Positions 9,255-18,825 of a stretch of 64,000 nucleotides of DNA are shown one piece after another. The notes below the pieces were generated by a model, which searched no databases, was not told the DNA's origin, and was given only the letters and a program-made list of their open reading frames with translations. The stretch comes from Candidatus Uhrbacteria bacterium (lineage in GTDB: Bacteria; Patescibacteriota; Patescibacteriia; JACPHY01). The DNA is taken from assembly GCA_016188355.1 (NCBI GenBank), contig JACPHY010000016.1:2345-66344 (forward strand), in the 5' to 3' direction. A program made the position numbers and the translations under genes. Positions within the stretch are counted from its first letter, which is position 1. Each line of letters starts with the position of its first letter.

Positions 9255-11315
9255 TCAAATATCCAAGTTTTTGACTGCCTTCGCGTGGGTCTGGATGAAT
9301 TTCTTTCTCGGCTCCACATCAGATCCCATGAGCACATCGAAGATGGCGTCCGCTTTTTGAGCATCGTCGACGGTGACGCGCTTGAGGACGCGACGTTCGG
9401 GGTCCATGGTGGTTTCCCAGAGCTGCTCCGGGTTCATTTCTCCCAACCCCTTGTATCGTTGAATCGATGCCTTGATTTCTGCGGGGATCTCCTCGTCCGT
9501 TTTTGCTTCCTTGTTTTTCCGCTCCTGCGTTTTTCCGTGCTTGCGTGATTCCTGGAGCTCGCGAAGGATATCATCGCGTTGGTGGTCGGAATACGCGTAC
9601 CGCACCTCCTTGCCCACCTGCACGCGGAAGAGCGGCGGCTGTGCGATGTAGAGATGGCCTTCGGTGATCACCTTGGAGAAATATCGCCAGAAGAGCGTGA
9701 GGAGGAGCGTGCGAATGTGTGCACCGTCCACGTCCGCATCGGTCGCGATGATGATGCGATCGTATCGGAGCTTTGCGATATCGAATTGTTCGCCGATGTT
9801 GGTGCCGAGCGCGATGATGAGTGACTTGATTTCGTTATTCGCCAGCATCTTGTCGATGCGTGCGCGTTCCACGTTGAGAATTTTTCCCCGGAGCGGAAGA
9901 ATCGCTTGGAATTCGCGATTGCGACCGGATTTCGCAGATCCTCCTGCGGAGTCACCCTCCACAATGAACATTTCGGAAACGCTGGGGTCACGAGATGAGC
10001 AGTCGGCGAGCTTCCCGGGGAGCGTGAGTCCTTCCAGTGCGCCCTTGCGGAGCACGGTGTCACGCGCCGCGCGTGCTGCCTTTCGGGCTTGCGCGGAGAG
10101 GAGACAGCGTCCAATGATCGACTCCGCGTCGCGGGGATGCTCTTCGAGGAATGCGGCGAACGAATCGCCCAATACCGTTGCGACCGCGGTTTGCGCTTCG
10201 GGGTTGCCGAGCTTCGCTTTCGTTTGCCCCTCAAACTGAGGATCTTTCACCTTGATGCTCACGATGGTGGTGAGTCCTTCGCGTACGTCTTCACCGGTGA
10301 GGTTCTCGTCTTTCTCTTTGAGCATCCCCTTCGCACGCGCGTACGCATTGAGCGTGCGGGTGAGCGCGGTGCGGAAGCCGGCGATGTGCGTGCCGCCCTC
10401 GGGGTTGAAAATGTTATTCGCAAACGCGAGCGCAGTTTCTTTGTAATCTTTCGTGTATTGCAGTGCGACCTCGACGTTGATTTCCTCCGCTTCTTTTTCC
10501 ACGTAGAAGACCGCATCCTGCGCGAGCTCTTTGCGGTGATTGAGGTGGCGCACGAATGCTGCAATGCCACCCTCGAAATGGAAGGTGTAGGTCGAGGTGA
10601 GGGGAACGGCGCCGGTGGCCTTGGGGTCAAATGCGGACTCCATGAATCGTTCCGCGAGTGCCGCATGGTTCCGGAGATCTTCCACGATGAGGGTGACGCC
10701 CTTCGTGAGGTACGCCTGCTGGCGAAGGTGGTCGAGGATCGTGGGGAGATCGAAGATGATCTCCGTGAAAATGGTGGGATCGGGATGAAACGTGACCGCC
10801 GTGCCCGTCCCGGGAAGCTGCGCGCGACCCACGGATTTCACCTTCCCCTGTGGAACGCCGCGGTGGTATTCCTGGACCCAGCGTTGCTTCTCCCGTTGCA
10901 CTTCTGCACGGAGCAGGGTGGAGAGCGCGTTCACCACGGAGACGCCCACGCCATGGAGTCCGCCGGAGACTTTGTAGCCGCCACCGCCGAACTTACCTCC
11001 CGCATGGAGCTTCGTCATGACGAGCTCTAGTGCCGAGGTTTTGAATTGCGGATGCGGATCCACGGGGATGCCGCGGCCGTCGTCGACGACCTGCACATAG
11101 TTGTCCGGCAGCATGCGCACGAGAATGCGCTTCGCGTGACCGGCCATGGCTTCATCGATGGAGTTGTCGACGACCTCCCAGACGAGATGATGCAGTCCCT
11201 GTGGTCCGGTGGAGCCGATGTACATTCCTGGGCGCTTCCGGACCGGATCGAGTCCCTCCAGCACGGTGATTTGCTGGGCAGTGTAGCCGGATTTTGGTGG
11301 AGTGGATTTGGGCAT
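9255..11315 (-). CDS. gyrB: DNA gyrase subunit B
   Basis: VRKRPGMYIG, EVVDNSIDE, GGLHGVG, VEGDSAGGS, PLRGKILN, TDADVDG, QRYKGLGEM; start trimmed to ATG at 11315. Confidence 0.97.
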   Translation of the reverse strand: MPKSTPPKSGYTAQQITVLEGLDPVRKRPGMYIGSTGPQGLHHLVWEVVDNSIDEAMAGHAKRILVRMLPDNYVQVVDDGRGIPVDPHPQFKTSALELVMTKLHAGGKFGGGGYKVSGGLHGVGVSVVNALSTLLRAEVQREKQRWVQEYHRGVPQGKVKSVGRAQLPGTGTAVTFHPDPTIFTEIIFDLPTILDHLRQQAYLTKGVTLIVEDLRNHAALAERFMESAFDPKATGAVPLTSTYTFHFEGGIAAFVRHLNHRKELAQDAVFYVEKEAEEINVEVALQYTKDYKETALAFANNIFNPEGGTHIAGFRTALTRTLNAYARAKGMLKEKDENLTGEDVREGLTTIVSIKVKDPQFEGQTKAKLGNPEAQTAVATVLGDSFAAFLEEHPRDAESIIGRCLLSAQARKAARAARDTVLRKGALEGLTLPGKLADCSSRDPSVSEMFIVEGDSAGGSAKSGRNREFQAILPLRGKILNVERARIDKMLANNEIKSLIIALGTNIGEQFDIAKLRYDRIIIATDADVDGAHIRTLLLTLFWRYFSKVITEGHLYIAQPPLFRVQVGKEVRYAYSDHQRDDILRELQESRKHGKTQERKNKEAKTDEEIPAEIKASIQRYKGLGEMNPEQLWETTMDPERRVLKRVTVDDAQKADAIFDVLMGSDVEPRKKFIQTHAKAVKNLDI

Positions 11316-11574
11316 GCGTGAACAAAAATGACGATCCCCGTGGGGATCTGGAATCATCCACAGTGTACCAATGATTCCCGTGGCCGTTCAAGGGGGATTA
11401 TCATGCGGAGTTGACAAGAGAATGAGCCGCTGCTACGGTCGCGACAGATCGTGGAGATGACGTCGGCGAGGAGTCTCGTCGAAAACTGCAGACGGCTTCA
11501 AGGCCGTCTGTGTGCGATCTCCGCTCGTTCACAATCCATGCGGCGTCTGACGCTGCAAAAGATCGGGGGTACCT

Positions 11575-12276
11575 ATGGAGTGGGCGTTCGCCTGGCAGAA
11601 TATCATCTTCCTCATCCCGCTCGTCTTCGGAGTGCTCATGGTCCTCGCGCAGGCGTTGGGTCTTCACGGGGATGGCGATACGGACGCGGACCATGATGTT
11701 GCGCACGATGCGCATGTGGGACATGAGCACGATGGGTCGAGTTCCGAGCAGCATCATGACACGCATCACGAGGGATTCGCCGCGAAAGCGCTCGGACTCC
11801 TTGGGGTGGGTCGTGTGCCGATGTCGACCATTCTCGCGTCATTGGGCCTGCTCTTCGGTGGTGTGGGCATCGGTATCAACCGGATGCTGGAATCCATACT
11901 GCCGGTTCCCATCGTGTACGGGATGATTTCAGTGGCGGTCGCTTCGGTGGCTGCGTTCATGGGAACGGGATTCATGGCTCGACTGATCGCACGGGTGCTT
12001 CCGAAGACGGAGACGTACTCGTTGCGGAAGGAGGGCTTGGTCGGGCGAACGGGTGAGCTCCTGTTTGGGATTAAGCCAGGCCAGGAGGGCGTGCTGTTGG
12101 TGCGGGATCCCTCGGGATCTCCGCATCAGGTGACCGCACGCCTAGAGCGGGCAGATCAATTCTTGCCGAAGGAGGCGAAGGTGCTCATCACGGGATACGA
12201 ACCGGAAGGGAACTGGTACCACGTGGTACCCGAGTCCGCGCTCTTCGAGGGTCGCTCCGGCGGAGCGACTTCCTAA
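11575..12276 (+). CDS. YqiJ/NfeD-like membrane protein with C-terminal OB fold
   Basis: TMs with a His/Asp-rich loop, LGVGRVP motif, LVGRTG..G beta-rich C-terminus; directly upstream of the flotillin. Confidence 0.8.
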   Translation: MEWAFAWQNIIFLIPLVFGVLMVLAQALGLHGDGDTDADHDVAHDAHVGHEHDGSSSEQHHDTHHEGFAAKALGLLGVGRVPMSTILASLGLLFGGVGIGINRMLESILPVPIVYGMISVAVASVAAFMGTGFMARLIARVLPKTETYSLRKEGLVGRTGELLFGIKPGQEGVLLVRDPSGSPHQVTARLERADQFLPKEAKVLITGYEPEGNWYHVVPESALFEGRSGGATS

Positions 12277-12335
12277 ATGCGCCGCGCAGACGTGGTGCAG
12301 GCAATCAGCAGGAACAAGAAGGAGGATATCTAGTC

Positions 12336-14216
12336 ATGGGTGGAATCATTGGCGCGCTCATCGTGTTCGGTCTCGCGCTCCTCGGTGTGGGGGTTGCGGG
12401 AAGTTCGTTCGGGCTTCCGATCAGCGGTCTCTCCGCGTTGGTCATGATTCTCGCGGGCATCGCATCGCTCGTCGTGGGAGCGATTCTCGCGACGATTTCT
12501 CGGCTCTACGTGCGGACGGGTGCGGATGTCGCACTCGTGAAGACGGGCCTCGGGGGACTCAAGGTCATCAAGGACGGTGGCGCAGTCATCGTGCCCATGG
12601 TGCATCAGGTCATCCGGGTGCCGTTGCGGACGTTCCGGCTCAAGGTCGTGCGCAATGGCGCCGAAGCGCTCCTCACGCAGAACAAGCTGCGGGCGGATGT
12701 CGAGGCTGAGTTCTTCATCAAGGTGCAACCGACCGACGAGCAGATCACTGCAGCGGCGCGCTCCATGGGTGATCGCACTGCGGATGAGAACAGCCTCATG
12801 CAGCTCCTCGGCGACAAGCTCGTCTCCGCGCTCCGGACCGTTGCGGCCCGGAAGACGCTCGAGCAGCTCAATGCGGAACGCGAAGAGTTCGTCGAGGCGG
12901 TCATCCAGGGCGTTCGGGCGGATCTCGAGCACAACGGGTTCACCCTGGAGTCGGTCACGATCTCGAAGCTCGACCAGGCGGACACGACGCAGCTCAACGC
13001 GAGGAACGTGTTCGATGCGGAAGGTCTCCTCACGATCACGAAAATCGCGGAGGAGAAGCTCACGGAGCGGAACGCGATCGAGCAGGAGCGCAAGCGCGAG
13101 CGGCTACAGCAGGACGTCGAAGCACAGAAGAAGATGCTCGCGCTCCAGCAGCAGCAGGCAGAAGCGCAGGCGGACCAGAGCGCGAAGATCGCGGCGGCGA
13201 GGTCGGCGCAAGAACGAGCGGAAAAGGAGGCGGAGATCGCGAAGGATCGCGCCGTCGCCGAGCTCGACTACAAGCGCCAGCAGGCGGTCGAGGTGGCGAA
13301 GCAGCAGGCCGAGCAAGCGGCGGAAGTCGCGGACCAGGAGCGCCAGCAGGCGGTCGAGGTCGCGCAGCGCGAGCGACAGATCGCAGTGGCCGACAAGGAG
13401 CGAGAGCGCGCCGAAGCGGAAACGAAGCGCCTCACCGCGATCAAGCTCCAGGAAACGGAGTCGCAGGCCGTCGAAACCGTGAAGGTCGAGGCGGCGGCAG
13501 AGCGGGCGAAGAAGCAGGCGATCATCGGCGCGGAGGCCGAAGCAGAGACGAAGCTGGTCGTTGCCCAGAAGGCGGCAGATGCGGAAGCGTACAAGACGAA
13601 GGCGCTTGCGGATGGCAAGAAGGCGGCGGCCGATGCGGACGCGGAGGCTATTCGCAAGAAGGCGGGGGCAGAGGCAGAGGCTGCGAAGCTCAAGTCGGAA
13701 GGCGACAAGGCCACTGCGCTCGTGCCGATCGAGGTGCAGCGACAGCAGGTCGAGATCACGAAGCAGCAGGCCATGATCCCCGTGAATGTTGCTGCGGCGC
13801 AGGTCACCGTCGACAAGGATCGGGTCGAGCAGGTGCTCAAGCCGGAGCTCGAGGCGCGCGACAGGTCCGGCAAGGCAGCACAGGAATTCGAGCTCGAGCA
13901 GCTGCGCATCAAGGGTCAGGTGGAGGTGCAGATCGCGGCGGCGCATGCGGCCGGCGCGTTCGGTGGCAGGGTCAACATGACCCTCTTCGGGACCGCGGAG
14001 GATGCCGCGAAGATGCAGGCGGGACTCGTGCGTGGCGCGGCGTTCGCGCGCACGCTGGACGGATTCCTCGGTGCTGCGAATGGTAACGGCGGCGGTTCCG
14101 CCCTGAAGCTCCTCGGCGCGGTTGCTGGGCATCTCGGCATCGACACGTCCGAGTTGCTCGGCAACAAGGACGCGAACGGCCACTCGAAGCCGGAGACGCC
14201 CGCGCAGCCGAGCTAG
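12336..14216 (+). CDS. Flotillin-family SPFH protein (YqiK-like)
   Basis: N-terminal TMs, ALVKTGLGG, GFTLESVTISKLDQ, NVFDAEGL, long Ala/Glu-rich coiled coil; AAGGAGG RBS. Confidence 0.9.
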   Translation: MGGIIGALIVFGLALLGVGVAGSSFGLPISGLSALVMILAGIASLVVGAILATISRLYVRTGADVALVKTGLGGLKVIKDGGAVIVPMVHQVIRVPLRTFRLKVVRNGAEALLTQNKLRADVEAEFFIKVQPTDEQITAAARSMGDRTADENSLMQLLGDKLVSALRTVAARKTLEQLNAEREEFVEAVIQGVRADLEHNGFTLESVTISKLDQADTTQLNARNVFDAEGLLTITKIAEEKLTERNAIEQERKRERLQQDVEAQKKMLALQQQQAEAQADQSAKIAAARSAQERAEKEAEIAKDRAVAELDYKRQQAVEVAKQQAEQAAEVADQERQQAVEVAQRERQIAVADKERERAEAETKRLTAIKLQETESQAVETVKVEAAAERAKKQAIIGAEAEAETKLVVAQKAADAEAYKTKALADGKKAAADADAEAIRKKAGAEAEAAKLKSEGDKATALVPIEVQRQQVEITKQQAMIPVNVAAAQVTVDKDRVEQVLKPELEARDRSGKAAQEFELEQLRIKGQVEVQIAAAHAAGAFGGRVNMTLFGTAEDAAKMQAGLVRGAAFARTLDGFLGAANGNGGGSALKLLGAVAGHLGIDTSELLGNKDANGHSKPETPAQPS

Positions 14217-14294
14217 GCGACTGATCGACATGATGTCGTGCGCCCCCCGATTCGTTCGGGGGGCGCATTTACTGAAGAAGGAGGAAAGAGAATC

Positions 14295-14882
14295 ATGATC
14301 AGCAACCGTCAGCGAGATCCGGCCTTGCCAAAGCCGCCGCGACTACCCACTGCTCCTGCGACTGCGAAAGCGGTCGCGCCGCCCCCGTCGCCGGTCGCGG
14401 CAACGGGCGCTCGTCGCGCGCGCCTGGGAGACGGCATCCGTTCCGGAACGAAGTTCGTACCACATCCGCCCTCGACGATCGTTGTCGCGTGTGCGGACGG
14501 ACGGTACACGGTGAATGACGCGGACTTGCTCGAGGCGCTCAAGATTCCGGAGCCGCCGGATCGACAATCGCCTGCGGGTGGTCCGGCAACGTACCATGCG
14601 CTCTCGTGCCATCGGCACGCGGATCGGGAACGTGGACTCAATCGTCTCGCATTCCTCGTGGAACACCATGCGACGCAGCGGATCATTCTCGTGAATCACG
14701 AGGACTGTGCGCACTACAAATCGAAGTTCGCCCAGGACACGCCAGAGCGACGTCGTCAGCGACAGCTCGATGATCTCCTGGAAGTGCGCGCGGAGCTCCG
14801 ACGGCTGCATCCCGCAATCCGCGTGGATTGCTATTTCGCTCGCGCGCTCGAAGGATATGTGACGTTCTTCGTGGTGCAGTAA
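14295..14882 (+). CDS. Beta-carbonic-anhydrase-like protein
   Basis: Zn-ligand pattern CADGR ... HEDC plus AGGP; Pro-rich N-terminal extension; AAGGAGG RBS. Confidence 0.65.
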   Translation: MISNRQRDPALPKPPRLPTAPATAKAVAPPPSPVAATGARRARLGDGIRSGTKFVPHPPSTIVVACADGRYTVNDADLLEALKIPEPPDRQSPAGGPATYHALSCHRHADRERGLNRLAFLVEHHATQRIILVNHEDCAHYKSKFAQDTPERRRQRQLDDLLEVRAELRRLHPAIRVDCYFARALEGYVTFFVVQ

Positions 14883-14961
14883 TGCAATGCGGGGCTTAAC
14901 TTTTCCGCTGAGCTGTGCAACGATCGTAGTGCGCAAGGACAGCTGCGCAGAGGAGGTTTCG

Positions 14962-15201
14962 ATGTTCTGGAGGTTCTTGATCATGGCGGGCACTGGAGCG
15001 GTTGCCGCGCTGCAGATTTCGGATGACACGAAGTCCAAGGTTCGGGAGGCGGGCAGGGCGGTGAAGGGCGATCTCGCGAAACAGTTCGATCCGGTGGTCC
15101 GTACCGTGAGGGAGTTCTGGGGCGAGGCGGTGCATGGCGAGCCGTCGCAGCCGAAATCCAAGCAGCCGGAGCGGCCGCCGAAGGGTCCGCAGCCCTCGTA
15201 A
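14962..15201 (+). CDS. Small hypothetical protein
   Basis: GAGGAGG RBS; hydrophobic N-terminus; followed by a hairpin/T-tract at ~15220-15255. Confidence 0.55.
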   Translation: MFWRFLIMAGTGAVAALQISDDTKSKVREAGRAVKGDLAKQFDPVVRTVREFWGEAVHGEPSQPKSKQPERPPKGPQPS

Positions 15202-15297
15202 GGATCGGTTCGTGGTACTGGCGGAGTTCTCTCCAAAGAGAACTCCGCCTTTTCGTTCCTCGGTCATTTCGCGGTACAATGGGAAAAATAATTGCCT

Positions 15298-16209
15298 ATG
15301 GATTCGTCATTTGGAGGAAGAGATCGGATTACCGATCGACAGCTCCGCTGGGGGGCGTGGTATGTGGAGCATCGGGCGCAGCTGCAGCGACTCGGTCGGT
15401 GGATTGCGATTGGGGTGACCACGATGATCGGATTGTACGCATTGTGGCGATTGACGTGGTACGGGGCAGTCGAGTGGCCCCGTTTTCTCCGGAGTGCTCG
15501 CGTATGGTCTACGCCGAATAATGCACGAGGGACGTACGTGGCACAGCTCCGTCCGAAGCCCCCGGTGCTTGGCGAGGTGATGTTGATTGCGAATGGCGGA
15601 ACGAGCTACGATGCCGTCGCACAGGTGTCGAATCCGAATGCGAGATGGGTCGGCATCATGACCTATGAGCTCGAAGTGCCGGGCGCAGAACCGCAGGTTC
15701 TGCGTACGACATTACTCCCCGGGCGAGATCGCTGGATTACGCGTTTGAATGCGGTCTCGACTACGAATCCGACCCGTGCAACACTCGTGATTCGGGAGAC
15801 GGTGTGGGAACGGATTTCGCTGGAGGCATCCCGTGATCCGGAGCGATACGTGAGCGATCGGCTACGGGTGGAGATTGTGGATCCGAAATTCGTTCCTCCC
15901 GCCGCGCTGGTCTTGCAGACGGGGACCCCGTCGGTCGCGGTTTCTGGTGGAGCTCCCGTCCGCATATCACGCGCCACGTTCGGCGTGCGGAACACGAGTG
16001 CGTACACATTCCGAGAATTAGAGCTCGACATTCTTCTCCGGAGAGGATCGGGCATCGTGGGGGTGAATCGGGTGACCATTAGCGACCTCGTTCCGGGCGA
16101 GCAGCGCGCGGTAGCTGCGACGTGGTTCCAGCCACTCGGGCTCGTGCAGTCAGTGGAGGTTATTCCTTATACGGATGTCTTCAATCCGGGATCGTTTGTC
16201 ACTCGATGA
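15298..16209 (+). CDS. Hypothetical single-TM protein with beta-sandwich extracellular domains
   Basis: One N-terminal TM, repeated beta-strand pattern; abuts rodA. Confidence 0.7.
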   Translation: MDSSFGGRDRITDRQLRWGAWYVEHRAQLQRLGRWIAIGVTTMIGLYALWRLTWYGAVEWPRFLRSARVWSTPNNARGTYVAQLRPKPPVLGEVMLIANGGTSYDAVAQVSNPNARWVGIMTYELEVPGAEPQVLRTTLLPGRDRWITRLNAVSTTNPTRATLVIRETVWERISLEASRDPERYVSDRLRVEIVDPKFVPPAALVLQTGTPSVAVSGGAPVRISRATFGVRNTSAYTFRELELDILLRRGSGIVGVNRVTISDLVPGEQRAVAATWFQPLGLVQSVEVIPYTDVFNPGSFVTR

Positions 16210-16219
16210 TTGTGTATCT

Positions 16220-17395
16220 GTGGTTGAACATCTCCGTGCGTTGTGGTCGCGATTGGATAGTGTGCTCATGGCCGCGTTGGCGTTGCTCGCGACCTTCGGG
16301 CTGGTCGGTCTCTCGAGCCTCGCGTTGCGTGGTCATGCGCCAGATTTTTCCGTGGTCATGCGCCAGGGAGTTGCTTTGGGATTGGGCGTCATCGCGTTTT
16401 TCGTCGTTGCTCGAATTGATTGGCGTGCATGGGAGCGATGGTGGCCATTCGTGGCGGTCGGTACCCTCAGCGTGCTGATCGCGGTCTTGGTGGTGGGTGC
16501 TCGCGTGCATGGGACACGGGGATGGCTCACGATTGGGTCCTGGACGCTCCAGCCGGTGGAGTTTGCGAAAATAGGTTTGATCGTACTGCAGGCGGTTTAT
16601 TTTCGTCGGCGCGCGCGGTCACTTGGGCGTCTTCGGACGATTCTGGAGAGTGCGGCGATTACTGCGGTCATTGTCGTCCCAGTGCTTTTGCAGCCGGATT
16701 TGGGTTCCGCATTGGTGCTCCTCGCGACCTGGTTTGGCATGCTGCTCGTTTTGGGACTGCGCCGTGCGCATCTTCTCATGTTTGCGTTGGGTGCCTTCGC
16801 AGCAGCGGTGGTGGCGTGGTTTACGGTATTGCAGCCATACCAACGCGAGCGGATGCTCACGTTCCTCGATCCGAATCGCGATCCGCAGGGCGCGGGGTAC
16901 AATCAACGGCAAGCGGTGATTGCGATTGGCGCGGGAGGGTGGTTGGGGCGTGGATTCGGCCAGGGCACACAAGCGCAATTGCGGTTTCTCCCGGAGGCGC
17001 AATCGGATTTTTTGCCTGCGGTGGTAGGGGAGGAGTTCGGTTTTTTGGGAATGGCGGTGCTGGTGGTGTGTCTTTTGGCTATTGCGATTCGTTTGGGTTT
17101 GCTGGCGCGTCGATGCCCAGATGATGCCTCCGCAGCATTGGTGGTCGGCATCGCGATCTGTTTTGGGGTGCAGTCGGCATTCAATCTTGCCATGAATCTC
17201 GGTGTGGCTCCGGTGATGGGCGTGCCCTTCCCTTTTGTGAGTGCGGGCGGTAGTGCGATCCTTGCGTTTGCGTGCGCATTTGGTATGGTGTCGAGCATTG
17301 CGGCGACGGTGCCGCGCGCGGAACCGCGAGCGTATGCATTTGATGTACTTGCTTCGGTCCGTGATGCTCATGGGACATCAGAGAGGTGTGGATGA
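16220..17395 (+). CDS. rodA: SEDS family peptidoglycan polymerase RodA/FtsW
   Basis: LQPVEFAK, LQPDLGSA, GAGYNQ, LPEAQSDF, EEFGFLG, PFVSAGGS; start codon approximate. Confidence 0.9.
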   Translation: MVEHLRALWSRLDSVLMAALALLATFGLVGLSSLALRGHAPDFSVVMRQGVALGLGVIAFFVVARIDWRAWERWWPFVAVGTLSVLIAVLVVGARVHGTRGWLTIGSWTLQPVEFAKIGLIVLQAVYFRRRARSLGRLRTILESAAITAVIVVPVLLQPDLGSALVLLATWFGMLLVLGLRRAHLLMFALGAFAAAVVAWFTVLQPYQRERMLTFLDPNRDPQGAGYNQRQAVIAIGAGGWLGRGFGQGTQAQLRFLPEAQSDFLPAVVGEEFGFLGMAVLVVCLLAIAIRLGLLARRCPDDASAALVVGIAICFGVQSAFNLAMNLGVAPVMGVPFPFVSAGGSAILAFACAFGMVSSIAATVPRAEPRAYAFDVLASVRDAHGTSERCG

Positions 17396-17447
17396 CGGTG
17401 GGCATGGTATACTCGTGCGGTGACGCGTTATTTCCAGCCGGTCCCTT

Positions 17448-17789
17448 ATGCGTGCGAATCGACGACCTCCACAGTTTATCCAAGAGAGCCTCCGCCTCAT
17501 CTCATACTGTCCGGTGTGTGACACGAGCTACAACCCGATGGAGGCGCGAGTGATTGAAGATCGAGGCGATCAACACCTCATGCATATTCGGTGCAAGAAG
17601 TGCGCGCATTCTATTTTGGCGCTCGTGCTCACGAGCGGCATGGGGGTGAGTTCGATGGGTCTCCTCACGGATCTCGCATTTGAAGATGTGCTCAAATTTC
17701 GAGATGCGGCACCACTCACCCTAGATGACGTGATTGGATTTCACGAGCACTTGGAGGCGCAGGAGCGTGCCCCGAAAGAGCGGACATGA
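17448..17789 (+). CDS. Zinc-ribbon hypothetical protein
   Basis: CPVC...CKKC; LLTDL..ED..KF C-terminal motif. Confidence 0.75.
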   Translation: MRANRRPPQFIQESLRLISYCPVCDTSYNPMEARVIEDRGDQHLMHIRCKKCAHSILALVLTSGMGVSSMGLLTDLAFEDVLKFRDAAPLTLDDVIGFHEHLEAQERAPKERT

Positions 17790-17889
17790 TGCTGCATGAT
17801 CGTTCTTGTGCGGATCAGGGAACGGTGAGCGCTCGGGCGGATCGCGGAAGAAATGTTCGTGTGCGGCGGTAGGACTGGTGGATGGGCCA

Positions 17890-17918
17890 TTGACAGGGAA
17901 ACGGGAGTTCGGTACGCT
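17890..17918 (+). promoter_or_regulatory. Sigma70-type promoter
   Basis: TTGACA (17890-17895) - 17 bp - TACGCT (17913-17918). Confidence 0.65.
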
Positions 17919-17950
17919 ACCGATGTGCATCCGCGCGTACGGCGTGTTTC

Positions 17951-18113
17951 GGACCTATCGCCGAATGCCATTCCTGCTGCGAACGGCGATATTCGGCCGG
18001 AATCACCTCACCGGATATTGGCGTACCTTCCCAGTACGCCGGCAATCTGGATTCGGCGATTCCGTCTCGAATCTCGCCGTTCTCGCGACGGAAGCGCATT
18101 CGGCGATAGGTCC
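17951..18113 (+). ncRNA. Candidate rod-shaped structured RNA (or palindromic MITE) upstream of rplY
   Basis: Perfect 18-bp terminal inverted repeat (GGACCTATCGCCGAATGC) with nested complementary blocks up to the apex, an upstream promoter and a downstream T-tract. Confidence 0.5.
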
Positions 18114-18156
18114 TTTTTGTTTTCCGGCGCGTCGATGATTCGACGCATGTAACATT

Positions 18157-18810
18157 ATGGCTACGCATACTCTTGCAGCGACCCCTCGAACGGTATTGGG
18201 TCGAAAGGTGAATCAGCTGCGACGCTCGGGATCTATTCCGGCCGTCATTTACGGACACGGGGTGCCCGCACGTTCGTTGACCGTTTCTGCTGTAGAATTT
18301 CAGCGCCTGGAACGTTCCGCACCTGGTGCGGCATTGCTTGATCTGGCCATTGAAGGCGGAGCTCCGGTGAAGGCGCTCCTCCAGGAGGTGGCACGACATC
18401 CGGTGCACGGTCAGGTGGTTCATATTGATTTTCGGGAGGTATCGATGACCGAAGAAGTGGAGACGCAGATTCCGCTTCGTTTTACGGGCACTGCCCCGGT
18501 GCTTTCGGATGGATCGTACGTGCTGGTGAAGCAGCTCGATCATTTGGATGTTCGTGCCTTGCCCGGAGCACTCGTGGAGGAGATTGTGATCGACCTCGCG
18601 TCCTTGGTCACGGGAGACGACCTGATCGCCATTCGTGATATCGCCCTGCCTCCTGGCATTACGGCGGAACATGAACCGGAGGACATCGTGGTTTCGGTGA
18701 CGGAGGTGCAGGAGGAGGCGGTGGCTCCGGTCGCCGAGGTGAGTCCTGCTGATGTTCCGGTAGTGGAGAAGAAGGAGAAGGCGAAAGAAGATGAAGGAAG
18801 CGAGAAGTAA
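18157..18810 (+). CDS. rplY: 50S ribosomal protein L25/Ctc
   Basis: LRRSGSIPAVIYGHG, HPV...HIDF, acidic C-terminal tail. Confidence 0.95.
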   Translation: MATHTLAATPRTVLGRKVNQLRRSGSIPAVIYGHGVPARSLTVSAVEFQRLERSAPGAALLDLAIEGGAPVKALLQEVARHPVHGQVVHIDFREVSMTEEVETQIPLRFTGTAPVLSDGSYVLVKQLDHLDVRALPGALVEEIVIDLASLVTGDDLIAIRDIALPPGITAEHEPEDIVVSVTEVQEEAVAPVAEVSPADVPVVEKKEKAKEDEGSEK

Positions 18811-18825
18811 TACCTGCAGCATAGC

